Source of the DNA: Octopus sinensis
Taxonomy: Eukaryota
DNA: 64,000 bases
Direction of reading: 5' to 3'
Assembly (NCBI RefSeq): GCF_006345805.1
Contig: NC_043002.1
Span: forward strand, 84,444,001-84,508,000
The number at the start of each line of letters is the position of its first letter. Within the stretch, counting starts at the first letter, position 1. Made by a program: the position numbers and the translations under genes. Below are positions 40,390 through 53,583 of this stretch, piece after piece. The notes below the pieces were generated by a model. It did not search any database. It was not told where the DNA came from and saw nothing but the letters and a program-made list of their open reading frames with translations.

Positions 40390-42714
40390 TATCTAAGACC
40401 TTTGGCATTATGTCGTGCTTGAGAAGAAGAACCATCAAGCTGAGCAAAATTGCAGTCATGGCAGATACCGGTGTCACATAAAAGCACTCATTACACTCTC
40501 GGAGTGGTTGGCATTAGGAGGGGCATCCAACCATAGAAAAACATGCCAAATCAGACTGGAGTCTGGTGTAGCCTTCCAGTGTGCCAGCCCAGTCATACTG
40601 TCCAACCCATGCCAGCATGGACAACGGACATTAAATGATGAGATGTAAATATATATGTATTGGTCAATAGTTCATATCTGGAAAAGAAGCACACTCTAAA
40701 ATAGGTTATTTGTTATGACCAGTCAGAGAGTGACCATTGGTTTTGCACCTATAAAGTACTTAGTTGTATAGGTGAGTTGCCAGGCTCTCTGATTAACCAT
40801 AACAAACAACCTTCTAAATGTATATTTGTGTGTGTGTGTATGTATGTGTCTTGGTTTGCTGGTTTCAAAAATGAGTTGTGCAAGTGGCACTATGAAGAAA
40901 AAAAATGACTAGTCAAAAAGAAATTAAGCAAAAATCTATTGGTTATTGGAACTGACAAAGCCAGTGTCATGGTAAAAGTTAACAATGGTGCCTACAAAAG
41001 TTCCATCATTACTATTGTTTAGATGTGTTTGTGTCATTCTTTGCAATCAGTATTATCCCATACTACTATTTTATTTTTTACTTGTTTCAGTCATTTGACT
41101 GTGGCCATGCTGCAGCACCGACTTTATTCGAGCAAATCAACCCCAGGACTTATTTTTTGTAAGCCTAGTACTTATTCTATCGGTCTCTTTTGCCAAACCA
41201 TTAAGTTACAGGGGATGTAAACACACCACCATCAGTTGTCAAGCGATGTTGGGGGGACAAACACAGACACACAAACACATATACACACACACATATATAT
41301 ATACATATATACGATGGGCTTCGTTCAGTTTCCCTCTACCAAATCCACTCACAAGGCTTTGGTCGGCCTGAGGCTATAGTAGAAGATACTTGCCCAAGGT
41401 GCCACGCAGTGGGGCTGAACCTGGAACCATGTGGTTCGTAAACAAGCTACTTACCACACAGCCACTCCTACGCCTATACAGCTGAACATCTCCCAAGAAG
41501 CTTTAAATGTTTGGAAGCAGAAACTTTATAAGTAGCTTTCTCAGTCTTCAAACAAACAGCTTATAACCAATTGTTACCTTGCTGTTAATGACAAAGGACA
41601 GCTGAATATTTAAAAAAGTTGTTATGACTTGTTGGTTATCAAATGAACCTGCTGTAGATAAAATTTTGCATCATCTTCATCATTTAACGTCTGCTTTCCA
41701 TGCTAGCATGGGTTGGACGATTTTGACTGAGGGCTGGTGAGCCAGATGGCTGCACCAGGCTCCAATCTTGATCTGGCAGAGTTTCGACAGCTAGATGCCC
41801 TTCCTAATGCCAACCACTCTGAGAGTGTAGTGGGTGCTTTTTATGTGCCACCGGCACGGGGGCCAGTCAGGCGGCACTGGCTACGACCTCGCTTGAATCT
41901 TTTTACACGTGCCAGTGAAGCGACGTTGGTAATGATCATGTTCGAATGGTGCCCTTTTACATGCCGCGGATACAGAAGCCAGTTGGCTGCTCTGGCAACG
42001 ATCACGCTCAGATGGTGCACTTGGCACCCTACTAGCACAGGCATAAGTGCCAGTAAGGCGATGCTGGTAACGATCATACTCGAATAGCCGCTGTGTCAAT
42101 GATCACAGTAGTTTCAAGTACAAACTTTCCTGAAAATTATGATTCCAAAATATAAGTACTTTACTGCTCAACTGTCGTATGAAATGCAATGTGGTAAGAA
42201 TATGCACTTCTTTTAAGTATACTTTTTATCTAATTTTAACCCTTTAGCATTCAGATTACTCTGTTAAATTTAATAGTTATTTATATTGTTCTGAACTAAT
42301 CATGTATTATCTCATAGCTTTGAGATCTCAAAGGTATAATGGTTTATTTTCCGAATGACATTGTAGAGTAGGTGTAAGATGCCAGATCTAGCTGGTTTGA
42401 ACATGAAACCTGTAGAATATTTGGGCTGGATATGGCTGATTTAAATGCTAACTATTAGATCCATTCTGTTACAAGTATCTTTTTATTGTGAAGTAGCAAA
42501 AATATGCTATCCACCCTAATTCTAAACTTGGCTTAGCACTTGAGAAGCTAACAGCTAATGAAAGGAAAAACACTGCCTTTACAAATAAGTCAAACAAAAC
42601 TTCTCAGAAAATTTTAACATATTGAATAAAATAAAATATCTATCTGTAAAAAATATTTTGAGACATGTAAAGGAACCTATGATGGAATCAATGAGTTCAA
42701 ATTATAATATAGCA

Positions 42715-43012
42715 CGGGCATATGGCGTAGTGGTTAAGAGCACAGGCTACTAACCCCAAGATTCAGAGTCCGATTCTAAGCAGTGACCTGAATAATAATG
42801 ATGATGATGATAATAATAATAATAATAATAATAATGATAACATCGAAAAATACCATAGAAATGAGAACCCAGGTTCAAAATTTCCTCAAAACACCTGATG
42901 AAGACTGGAGGTTATATCAGCCGAAACTTTGTGTTAACAACAAACAACATGAGGACAAATATCTGTCAAATGTAAATAATGTACATAATTCCTCGTCTCT
43001 TAAATATAGTAC
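42715..43012 (+). mobile_element. tRNA-headed SINE carrying a hammerhead motif, 12-bp TSD
   Basis: A box TGGCGTAGTGG, degenerate B box GAGTCCGATTC, (AAT)n, hammerhead at 42890-42935; TSD tataatatagca (42703-42714, 43013-43024). Confidence 0.75.
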
Positions 43013-43347
43013 TATAATATAGCAAGTGCTGAGTTACAATATAATATTCATTTACACAGAGTAGTACTATTAATACTGAGAAATTTTGGATATGCGATAA
43101 CAGAAATCTTTTAAGAAACGATGCAATAATTCCAATATTTAAATCTAGTTTAAATGTCTTTTAGTTTGGTAATTCACAATTCTGCCCAATTTTTCCACAA
43201 TGCTGTTAGCAAATGTCTCTTGAACCAAAGACAGAATTTTACATGTTTGTGTAACCTGTTAGAAATAGCAACCAAATCACACCCTCACGTCTTAAGTCAG
43301 ATATATGAACTCTTAGTGTCACATATCACTACACAAGGAGTATGGTC

Positions 43348-43751
43348 GGATCTTTTCGGTTTGAACGGCAGTTTTTTTCTAGCGGTGTCATATAAAATTG
43401 TCACCCATAATTATGACCCTAGTATCGATCTATTGCATTTCAATCTGTTTTAGGGTTAGGGTTAGGGGGAAGGGTATCTTTTTTTCTTCAGAAATGTAAA
43501 TAAACTCAATCTGTTTCTTAAACGAGGAACATATTCATACGGCACAGAATGGTTTTTACCTTAATGGACGTCATTGATTGGTTGAAATTGCAGAAAAAAA
43601 CAACAAATATCTTACAAACTATAGAATTTTCTCAATAAAGCCAAGAGAAAAAAATGTTTTTTATAAACACATTCTACCAGTATACGAAGTTTAAATTTTT
43701 TTAGTTATCTAGAAATTATGTTAAAAACTGCCGTTCAAACCGAAAAGATCC
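43348..43751. mobile_element. GG-terminal MITE (Merlin/MULE-like) containing TTAGGG repeats
   Basis: TIRs ggatcttttcggtttgaacggcag / ctgccgttcaaaccgaaaagatcc; (TTAGGG)3 at about 43450. Confidence 0.75.
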
Positions 43752-44599
43752 GAGATTTTATATAGATACCTTTCAAAGTGTTTAGACTGCGATTATAACG
43801 GAATTTAATATGAAAAACAAAATTGGTGGACTCGTACACTTACATACTAATACACATATATATCTACAAAAAAAAAGGAGGCGTGCTGGCAGAAATGTTA
43901 GCACGCCGGGCGAAATGCTTTGTGGTTTTGAGTTCAAATTCCGCCGAGGTCGACTTTGCCTTTCATCCTTTCGGGGTCGATAAATTAAGTACCATTTACG
44001 CACTGGGGTCGATGTAATCGACTTAATCCCTTTGTTTGTCCCCTCTATGTTTAGCCCCTTGTGGGTAATAAAAAAAGAACAAATATATATCTACAAAATG
44101 AAACTTGAAATTTCAAAAAAAAAAAAAAATTCTGATGCGAGTGTGCTAATTTTTAAAATATGAAATAACAATATAATCGTAATTTGCACACTCGGAAAAG
44201 TATTTATAGAAAATTGCATAAAAAATACCTATTTTTTTCGAAAGTTATGAAGAAACAAAGCCGACTCGTGAATTTTCCGAAACTACTCACTTCCACCATC
44301 GGAAAATCTTTTTCAACAAATTCCGATATAATCAGAATCTACACAACCTGAATTTTAAAAAACTGCCGGTCAAAGCGAAAAGGTCCGAAAATTTCATTGG
44401 AAAATACATTTTTCTGGAAGTTATGAGACAACAAAGTCGTAGGAGTTGGGGGACGCAGATGTGGAGGCATGCCTTAATTTTAAGGTTTTGTTAGATTAGT
44501 GATTATTAACGAAGTTTATCGCTGATAATCTGGGAGGAATAGGCCAACCTGCATTCCATTTGGTACTTAAAAACAAACTATTTGCAGTTTATCATACCA

Positions 44600-44987
44600 C
44601 TAGCAGTATCGCCCGGCGTTGCTCGGGTTTGTTTCGACCCTTTAGAATTGGAATTTTTGAAAAGTAAAAATTTTGCATTATGTAGCTTTAAGCGAACATT
44701 TTTCTGGTTGAATTACACCGAAAAATGGCGACACAGCAGTAAAAAAATCATTAAAAATAGGGATTTTCATAGAAAAAAAGCATCTTTTTGATGTAAATAA
44801 TTTTTGGTGTTAACATGGTCCGATTTGAAATTTTTCTTCTAGGAAAGGAAGAGCAAGCCTTCTTCTATCATACTCTCAATTTTGGTCAACTTGCGCCGCA
44901 GGGTCTCGGAGGAAATAGCGTTAGTTGAAGGCTACCAAACCTGCCACACACACACAGACAATTTCAGCTTTATATATAGAGAGAGAT
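44600..44987 (-). mobile_element. Non-autonomous Helitron
   Basis: On the minus strand: 5' TC, 3' hairpin cccgagcaacgccggg, then CTAG, inserted between A and T. Confidence 0.8.
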
Positions 44988-45559
44988 AAGTAAAAAACAA
45001 CGAAAAGAGGGAACAAAAGTATCGAAGGATAAAATATAAAACAAAAGAAAGATTTTAATGAGGTCCAAATGTTTGAGATTTCATTCGTAGTGGTTGACCT
45101 AATGTGAGAATTATAAATATATTTATCTTAATTATCACGGCATATATGATGACTCTCAACGTAAATATAACGAATTATTAAAGAAAAGCACTTAAAGATA
45201 CGGACAAGGGTCTCGGCTAACGATTTTAAGAGCACTTAAACATTACTTAAGAGCAAGCAAATGTTTGTATACGTTAATATACAAAAAGAGCTTAACGTTG
45301 TTTATATTCTGGGGAATATAAAGTTCTTCCCCAGAATATAAAGTTCTTCATTTATAGGGCTCCTCGAAAGTGGGAGTTCCATGTCTAAGTGAGTTTCCCA
45401 GGTTCAAAAACAAATGTGCGTCTTTCGGAGGGCAAAAAGGGTAAGTATTTCATGGGCGAAAAGTTGAAATGGAGGATGGACAACTTCGCAGAAAAATTAC
45501 TTTCTGTCCTGGTAACATTCGATACACTTGGATAATAAGCTATATTTTGCTTACATTAA

Positions 45560-45952
45560 TCTCTCTATATATAAAGCTGAAGTTGTCTGTGTATGGCAGG
45601 TTTGGTAGCCTTCAACTCACACTATCTCCTCCGAGACCCTGCAGCGCAATTTGACCAAAATTGAGAGTATGATAGAAGAAGGCTTGTTCTTCCTTCCGTA
45701 GAAGAAAAAATTCAAATCGGACCATGTTAACACCAAAAATTATTTACATCAAAAAGGTGCTTTTTTTCTATGAAAATCCCTATTTTTTACGATTTTTTTG
45801 ACTGCTGTGTCGCCATTTTTCGGTGTATTTCAACCAGAAAAATGTTCACTTAAAGAGAATAACAAGCTACATAATGCAAAATTTTTACCTTTCAAAAATT
45901 CCAATTCTAAAGGGTCGAAACAAACCCGAGCAATGCCGGGCAATACTGCTAG
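45560..45952 (+). mobile_element. Non-autonomous Helitron, inverted copy of 44600-44987
   Basis: a|tctctctatatataaagctgaa ... cccgagcaatgccggg caatactgctag|t. Confidence 0.8.
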
Positions 45953-47563
45953 TCAGGGATATAATTAATATATTTGATGGATCCAGGGCAGTCAACTAGC
46001 AGAACCGTTAGCACGCCGGGTAAAATGCTCAGCAGCTTTTCGCTGTCTTTATGCTCCACCAGGGTCGACTTCATCTTTCGGGATTGATAAAATAAGTAAC
46101 AGTTGAGCATTGGGGTCGATGTAATCGACTTAACCCCTCTCACGAAATTGCTGGCCTTGGGCCAAAACCTGAAACCAATATATTTGGTAGATCCAATCTC
46201 AATGGTAACGTCACATTAGATCTTTTACAGTAATTCATCGACATACTTTTTCTTCTTGTTTCAGCCATTAGAGCGCGGCCATGCCGGGGCATTGCCTTAT
46301 CGGATTTAATCGAACAAAGCGAACCCAGTACTTATGCTTTTAAAAAAAAAGCCTGGTACGTATTCTATCGGTCTCTTTTGCCGAACTACTAAGTTACGGG
46401 AACCAACACACACACACCAAACCAGCACACACTCGTGCGCGCACGCACACAGAGAGGCTTCTTTCAGTTTGTTTACTAAATCTCAAAGAGCTATAATTAA
46501 AGACATTTGACGAAAGTGTCATTCGGTGGAATTGAACCCAAAATCATGTGGTTGAAGAGCAAACTTCTTACCACACAGCCACGTCTGTTCACTATTTTAC
46601 TTTCGTTCTTTCTTCTTTTTTTTGCATAGAAAACAGTTTCTTTAGACAGGACAAATAATTTCGCTTTCATGGGGCCCTGTAAAAGAAGAGCCGGAGTTTG
46701 CTCCATCGTTCTAAATTGCTTAAGTTAATGGTTTGCTTAGTTTATTTTCTTTTCTAATTTTACTTTGAGGTGAACAATATATTCACCATTCTAGGTGTTA
46801 TTTGTTTGCACTCGGATATTACATGCCAAATGAGGTGAAAGTTATAGTACAGTATGTTTCTTCGACTTTTAAATCTAAAAAATACTTTATTTAAAAATTG
46901 GCAGTTGAGCAAAAATTGCACATATGTATAATAACTTAGCTGTGTTTTTATCATAAAACTGGGGTGATCTTTTTTTCAAGAAATGGTTTGTAAGAGAGCA
47001 CTTGCTGAGGATTTTCCTTGTTAAGCTAATTGTTAATCAATAGTGACGTCATCATAAAAGACTATTATGACATCAACTGATATTTCGGAGCAAATGTACT
47101 TTCGTTAACTTTCTCTCTAACTGTTCGATGGACTCCGGTCGCAATAATTTGGCAACATGAAGACATAATCTTGTAAGTTAACAAGCACTTGATTTTTAAC
47201 TTAGCAGTTTTTGCCCAGTTGTTATGATGATTCAATAAAATAATTTTGATTTACTGAGGTGTTTACTTGGCTATGAAATTAGAAGGGAATGACATAATTA
47301 GGTCTAGACAGTGAGTGGTCTGAATCGTTAGGGCATCAGAGAAAATGCCTGCCATATTTAATTATGGTTCTTTACATTCTGAGTTTATATCCCGCTAAGG
47401 TCATCTTTGCTTTTCATCCATGTGGGATCGATAAAATAAGTACCAGTCAAGTTGTAGCGTCGATCAAAACGATTGTACCCAACTCCTCCAAAATTTTGAT
47501 CTTTGTGCTTTGTGTTTGAACTTGTGTTACACATCGATATAAATGCTATAGAAAAGCAAAATT

Positions 47564-47991
47564 GGCGATCTTTCGTCTCTAGTAGACCTTTCCGTCGATT
47601 TCCGTAAAAAAAATTTTTTTTTTTACATATGGGCTTGCGGGAACTTTTGAAGTAATATACATACATATACACATACACCGAGTAAAAAATTTCAGTTATC
47701 TCTTTCTTTCACACATTACTCTGTCTCTTCACACATACTAACAGAAGCACTTCACTTACACAACATACTGTCTGTCTCCCACACCCCATCAAACACACGC
47801 ACGCACACACACACATGTCCATCAATGCTCCCATGCACGGTAACTTCAAAAGAACTTCCCTCGTCAAACAATCGCTTTCTCTTAGTCTCTTTCGCTCTCA
47901 TTACTTCACAAGTTCCCGCAAGCCCATATGTAAAAAAAAAATTTTTTTTACGGAAATCGACGGAAAGGTCTACTAGAGACGAAAGATTGCC
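47564..47991. mobile_element. MITE with ~80-bp TIRs and 8-bp TSD (GG termini, Merlin-like)
   Basis: ggcgatctttcgtctctagtagacctttccgtcg / cgacggaaaggtctactagagacgaaagattgcc; TSD gcaaaatt (47556-47563, 47992-47999). Confidence 0.85.
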
Positions 47992-50061
47992 GCAAAATTA
48001 AACGGCACGAATTTACTATTACACCAGTCTCATACTGAAGCTGGAATTTATTCCCGTCTCATTTTGAAGGTAAAATTTACACCCGTCTCATTTTGAAGGT
48101 GAAATTTATGCCTTTTCTATGATTTTTGATGCATTTTGAACGAATCAAACCATTAAAAAAAAAAAACAACGTTGGAAATAACTCGTTCAAAGTCAGTCGG
48201 ATATAATAGTAAAAATTTGCAGAAATCATCATTTAATATACCGATGATGACCATTATGGTCAAAAACAATGCAATCGTTACCTGGCGCTTATTTTACTTG
48301 AAAGACACCATGTTAATCAAACAAGAAAGCCTCTACGTCGTCGTTCAACATACTAGAAATAGCAACCGAATTTCTCTGAAATCATACCTTACAGATTAAA
48401 AAAAGTTGGTGAAGTGCATGTAGGCTAAGGTAGTCATATAAACTATGTTTTAAAAGACGGGATGATCACGGTTAGAATGCCTTTGGTCATAAGTCTATTC
48501 ATTCAGCATCGAAATAGGTCTAAAAAGTAAACTTTGCTCGCCACAACTCTTTCTCTTATTCATCTTTGCTTCACCGTCTTTTTTAGCTTATTTCTCTATT
48601 AGATATATTCTTAGAGTGATTATGCAATTATGTAAATCGTTATTTAATAACTGAGTCATTAAATAAGTCAGTCGCTACTAACATTTCGAGTAGGGTCGTA
48701 TAAACTCGTGCGGAGCTTTTAGTATGTGTTTATTTAAAGAGATACCTAATAAAAAATCTAATTTTTCGAATTATAATTGTTATATTTTTCTTATGGTTCC
48801 AACAGTATATTTGAAAGGCCAGCCCATGTTGGCTAGCGATGCTAGATCAGTGTGAGATAATCAAAATGAACACAAGGGTTTCAATGTTATTTTATTTTAT
48901 TTTATAAGTTTGACATTTACCTGCAAGCCTGCGTGTTTGAGACATTTAAAAGATTAACCTTTTAAATGTTTTAAACCTGGAAGACGACAGCTTAGACATT
49001 TCATTGAAAGGTCAGGCAATTGTGGTGATGATGGCTACTGAGTCAGAAATACCTGTCCACAAATGTCCTCTTATCTCTGTCTTTTTCCTTAAACGTATGT
49101 CAACTTTTGAGATTTCTTGAGTCTTCAGATCATCTCCTCTTCTCCAGTGGGGTGGTTTTAATTACCATTTGATAATTATGATACATCCTTTAGAGCTGGA
49201 GTCACCAAACTTTTTTCACAGCAGGCTAGATAACTGAAAGAATGATGAGCACAGGCCACATAACCATTTTATTTAATACAATACAGTTAATACACAAAAA
49301 ATAAAGACAAGCAACATATTTATTTACTATAAAGTTATCAAAGAAGGTCATGTTAACAATAAGATAGTTATATCACACCCAGTGTGCACATTTCCGGATC
49401 TCACAAACTAAGCAGCAAAAATGGTTAGTGTTGTTGTTTAGATTTTAAGATATCATCAATATTTGCTTTGGAATTGCTGCATCCAACCAAGAGAATCCCT
49501 TTCAATTGTTCATCAGTCAACCTCATTTGATGTGCTGACTTCACGAACATAAGTTGTTCCAATCACTGAAGCCATGCCAGAAACAAATTTTTTCGAATCT
49601 GAAAACTCATGATCAGGTAAGCAGTGATACAATTCAACAAGTTTTCCTTCTCTGTACTTCTCTTCCAACAAGTCATTTGCTTGCAAATCAATGAGCACCA
49701 ACTGTAGTTTGACTGGCATGTCATCAAGTTTACAATCAAACAGATTCTGGAACAGAAGAATGTCACTCTCACTTCTGTTGAGATCTGAAAATCTTCAAAA
49801 ACTGCTTATTTTAATTATGAATAATCTTCTTCAGAAACTTGAGGTTGACATCTGTGATTCCAGCGCATAGCTCTTTAAAACACTGAAGATGAGAAGTTTG
49901 CTTTGAGCAATGATAGCTTTCTCTGAAATCCTTTGATGATTCTGTAGAGATCACAGATAAGGTTATCCTTTCTCTGAAGTTTCAAGTTCAATTCATTCAT
50001 GTGGGATGAGATGTCAACCAAAAATGACAACTTTGACTGCCTGGTAGGATCTGACAAGTGG

Positions 50062-50472
50062 CGGTGAGCTGGCAGAAATGTCACCATGCCGGGCGAAATG
50101 CTTAGCGGTAATTCATCTGCCGTTACGTTGTGAGTTCAAATTCCGCCGAGGTCGACTTTACCTTTCATCCTTTCGGGGTCGATAAATTAAGTACCAGTTA
50201 CGCACTGGGGTCAATGTAATCGACTTAATACCTATGTCGGTCCTTGTTTGTCCCCTCTATGTTTAGCCCCTTGTGGGTAATAAAGAAATAGGTATTTCAT
50301 CTGCTGTTACGTTCTGAGTTCAAATTCCGTCGAGGTTGACTTTGCCTTTCATCCTTTCAGGGTCGATAAATTAAGCACCAGTTATGCACTGGGGTCGATG
50401 TAATCGACTTAATCCCTTTGTCCTTGTTTGTCCCCTCTATGTTTAGCCCCTTGTGGGCAATAAAGAAATAAC
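50062..50472 (+). mobile_element. Meta-like SINE with internally duplicated 3' part, nested in the hAT fossil
   Basis: Two tandem bodies; TSD gatctgacaagtgg (50048-50061, 50473-50486). Confidence 0.85.
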
Positions 50473-50616
50473 GATCTGACAAGTGGATCAGCTCTATCCT
50501 TTTCAGTGAGAAAAATATCTATTTCTCTTTGGAGCTTATAAAAATTAAAGAGGACTTTATTGCAGCTGAGCCACCTCACTGCTGTGTGATAAGGCAAATC
50601 ACAGAATTCAGAATCA

Positions 50617-51422
50617 GGATCTTTTCCTTTTGAACGGCATATGTCAACACAATTTCTAGTTAACTAAACACTTTTAAACTTCGTATATTGGTAGAATGTG
50701 TTTATAGAACATCATTTTTTCTTGGCTTTATTCAGAAAATTCTATAGTTTGTAACATATTTCGACTTTAATTTCGAGCATTTTGGCAATTTTAACCAATC
50801 ACTCACCTCCATTTGGCGTGAAAACATTCCGTGCTGTATGAATATGTCCCTCAGAAACAGATTGGGTTTATTTACATTTGCGAAGAAAAAAAGATACCCT
50901 TCCCCCACCCCTAACCCTAAATCTAAAATAGATTGAAATGCAATAGATCGATACTAGGGTTATAATTATGGGTGACATTTTCATACGACACTGCTACAGA
51001 AAATGGGATTTTTTTCTAGCGGTGTCAAATGAAAATGTCACCCATAATTATAACCCTAGTATCGATCTATTGCATTTCAATCTATTTTAGGGTTAGGTTC
51101 AGTTAGAGTTAGGGTTAGGGTTAGGGGTGGGGGATGGTATCTTTTTTTCTTTGCAAATGTAAACAAACCCAATCTGTTTCTTAAACGAGGGGCATATTCA
51201 TACAGCACGGTGTGTTTTCACCCCAAATGGACGTATTTGATTGGTTAAAATTGCCGAAATGCTCGATTTTAAAGTGGAAATATGTTACAAACTATAGAAT
51301 TTTCTCAATAAAGCCAAGAAAAAATGATGTTTTATAAACACATTCTACCAGTATATGAAGTTTAAAAGTGTTTAGTTAATTAGAAATTGTGTTGAAAACT
51401 GCCGTTCAAAAGGAAAAGATCC
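50617..51422. mobile_element. Palindromic (foldback) MITE nested in the hAT fossil
   Basis: Arms of about 380-400 bp in inverted orientation; TSD cagaatca (50609-50616, 51423-51430); (CCCTAA)n and (TTAGGG)n in the arms. Confidence 0.88.
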
Positions 51423-52134
51423 CAGAATCAATTTCTTCAAGAAAAGCCTGCAATTGGTGATAATTAAGGACATGACCCCAAATGAAGTTCACCGCAGAAA
51501 CGACTGGTTTCAGTACACAAGAAATATCTGTCTTTCTCACAGAGTGCTTGCTGATGTGTAATGCAGTGTATAAAAGAGTACCTGAAAGTTGAAGATCTTC
51601 CAACTTAGTCTTGATCTGCCCCACCAGACCCTTCCTCTCTCCAGCCATGTTTTTTCCTCCATCAACTGTGATACATTGAAGCTGATTCCACTGAAGGTTA
51701 TAGCCTTGCAAAGTTTTCTGCAGTTCCATGAAAATGTCTTCTCCAGTTGTTCTGTGCATGCTGCAAATGGATGTCAACTATTCTGTTATATGAAAGTCCA
51801 AATTAACACCATGAATGAACATGAAGTTGTGACATACTCGAGTGATCAGTAGACTCATCCATCACCGGAGAATACAAGAAGTTCCTAGCTTTCTCATGTA
51901 TCTGTAGCACTATGTTCTCTCCAAGTTCTGTTCTCTGCACAGCTGAACTGGCTGAAAGGCTGATACTGCCAAGAAAATCGGCTTTCTCAGGACACAAGTC
52001 ATTTGCTGCTTCTTTGATGAAGTTGCTGTCAGTAAACGGTTTTCATCACTCTGTCATCTTATGCACTATTTTATAACTTGTACAAGTGACAGATTCATTT
52101 TCAGCAAACAGTCTTGTGAAGAGAATGTTTAAAC

Positions 52135-52476
52135 ATGCTGAGACCCCCTTCGGTCATGAATGACCATGGGATTGCACCTAGAAAGTTACCCTCCCAAGCA
52201 CAAGACTGGGCAAGGTTGTTTATGGAAGACCAGAAGTCACCCATGCATACCAGCCTTCCCTTTCCACGCCACCGATGTCATCCAAAGGAAAAGCAAAGAC
52301 CGATACAGCTTGGCACCAGTGACGTTGCAACTCATTTCTACAGCTGAGTGAACTGGAGCAACGTGAAATAAAGTGTCTTGCTCAAGAACACAACACGCAG
52401 CCCGGTCCAGGATTCAAACTCACAACCTCATAGTCGTAAGCTCGACGCTCTAACCACTGAGCCATGCACCTTCACT
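52135..52476 (-). mobile_element. tRNA-derived SINE nested in the hAT fossil
   Basis: Minus-strand head ggtgcatggctcagtggttagagcgtcgagcttacgact...gagtttgaatcc; flanked by aacatg. Confidence 0.75.
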
Positions 52477-53547
52477 TAACATGGCAATGCAAGTTAAAAC
52501 ACAATCACTGCAAAAATGAACTCTCATTGCAGGTACTTACATAAAAAGTACAGTGCAGTGGCTGGCTATATGAACTGACCTCACAGGCCGGTTCTGGATC
52601 GTGGGCCATAGTTTGGTGATCCCTGCTCTAGAGGAAGAGATAGTTTTAATAAATCAAGAATTTTTATTGTGTAGCATTTAATATGTCTATATTTGCCTAT
52701 GTTGTTCAAATACATGGTACTAACCAGTTTGAATTATTGTTCTTAGCTAAATTTTATTTAGATTATGCAAATAATTTAGGCCATAAATGTATCCTAGGCT
52801 TTTAAAAATTTTTTGTATAAATCCTTATATAGATCTTTGGCTATGAGAGATAAAGTTGGACAATAGTTATGCTAATGATAGTTATTGACACATGTGTTCA
52901 TGACTGTTCTCTTGTCTGCAGACAAAAAGTCTGTACTTTTTCTTAATGGTATGTCAAGTTTGGAAAATTCTTGATATTCTCCCCACTTCTCGAGTGGAGC
53001 TGGTCTTAATTGCCATTTGGTAATCATGATGCATCATCAGGAGGTGGAGATAATCTTAATAAATCAAGAATTTATGTTGTATTTGATATGCTTGTATTTC
53101 CCTTATTCAAATAAGTGCCACTGGCCACTCTGAGTTATCTCCCTCAGTTCATTTTCGTACACACACACACACACATACACACACATAACAACTTTCCACC
53201 TCACGGAGGTGGAGAGCTAATTTTGTCTTTGGACTAGAGTCTGATAAGTTTTCATGGATGCGAAACCATTGGTCACTCTGTGAACAGATATGAACTTTAT
53301 TACTTCAATAGTATACATATTTCTTTTATTTTTCATTTATTTTTTATTTGTTTCAGACTGTGGCCATGTTGGGGCACTGCCTTGAAGAATTTTTAGTCAA
53401 ATGAGTCGACCCCAGGACTCTTTTTTTTTTTTTTAAAGCTTGGTACTTATTCTATCAGTCTCTATTGCTGAACTGCTAAGTTATGGAGATGTAAACACAG
53501 ACACTGGTTGTCAAGCAGTAGTGGGAGACAGGCAGACAGACAGACAG

Positions 53548-53583
<36 letters not shown>

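Larger units (their letters stand above)
49196..52625 (-). mobile_element. hAT (Buster/Charlie/SPIN-like, GTF2IRD2-related) transposon fossil with nested insertions
   Basis: TIRs ctggagtcaccaaact / agtttggtgatccctg; TSD ctttagag / ctctagag; transposase pieces DESTD, ITVDGGKNM, YHTAVRWLS, LVDISSHMNELNLKLQ, GTTYVRE. Confidence 0.9.

Noticed and set aside
39786-40487. 233-aa, 206-aa and 141-aa repetitive ORFs; superficially a CRISPR-like array
   Set aside because: Products of a 39-bp minisatellite (multiple of three) with no unique spacers, no cas genes and no splice context.
42715-42790. tRNA gene
   Set aside because: Degenerate B box and acceptor stem; part of a TSD-flanked SINE. The same applies to other tRNA-like heads in the window.
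51086-51126. Telomere or chromosome-fusion relic (TTAGGG repeats)
   Set aside because: Only a few units, embedded in a MITE family present twice in the window.
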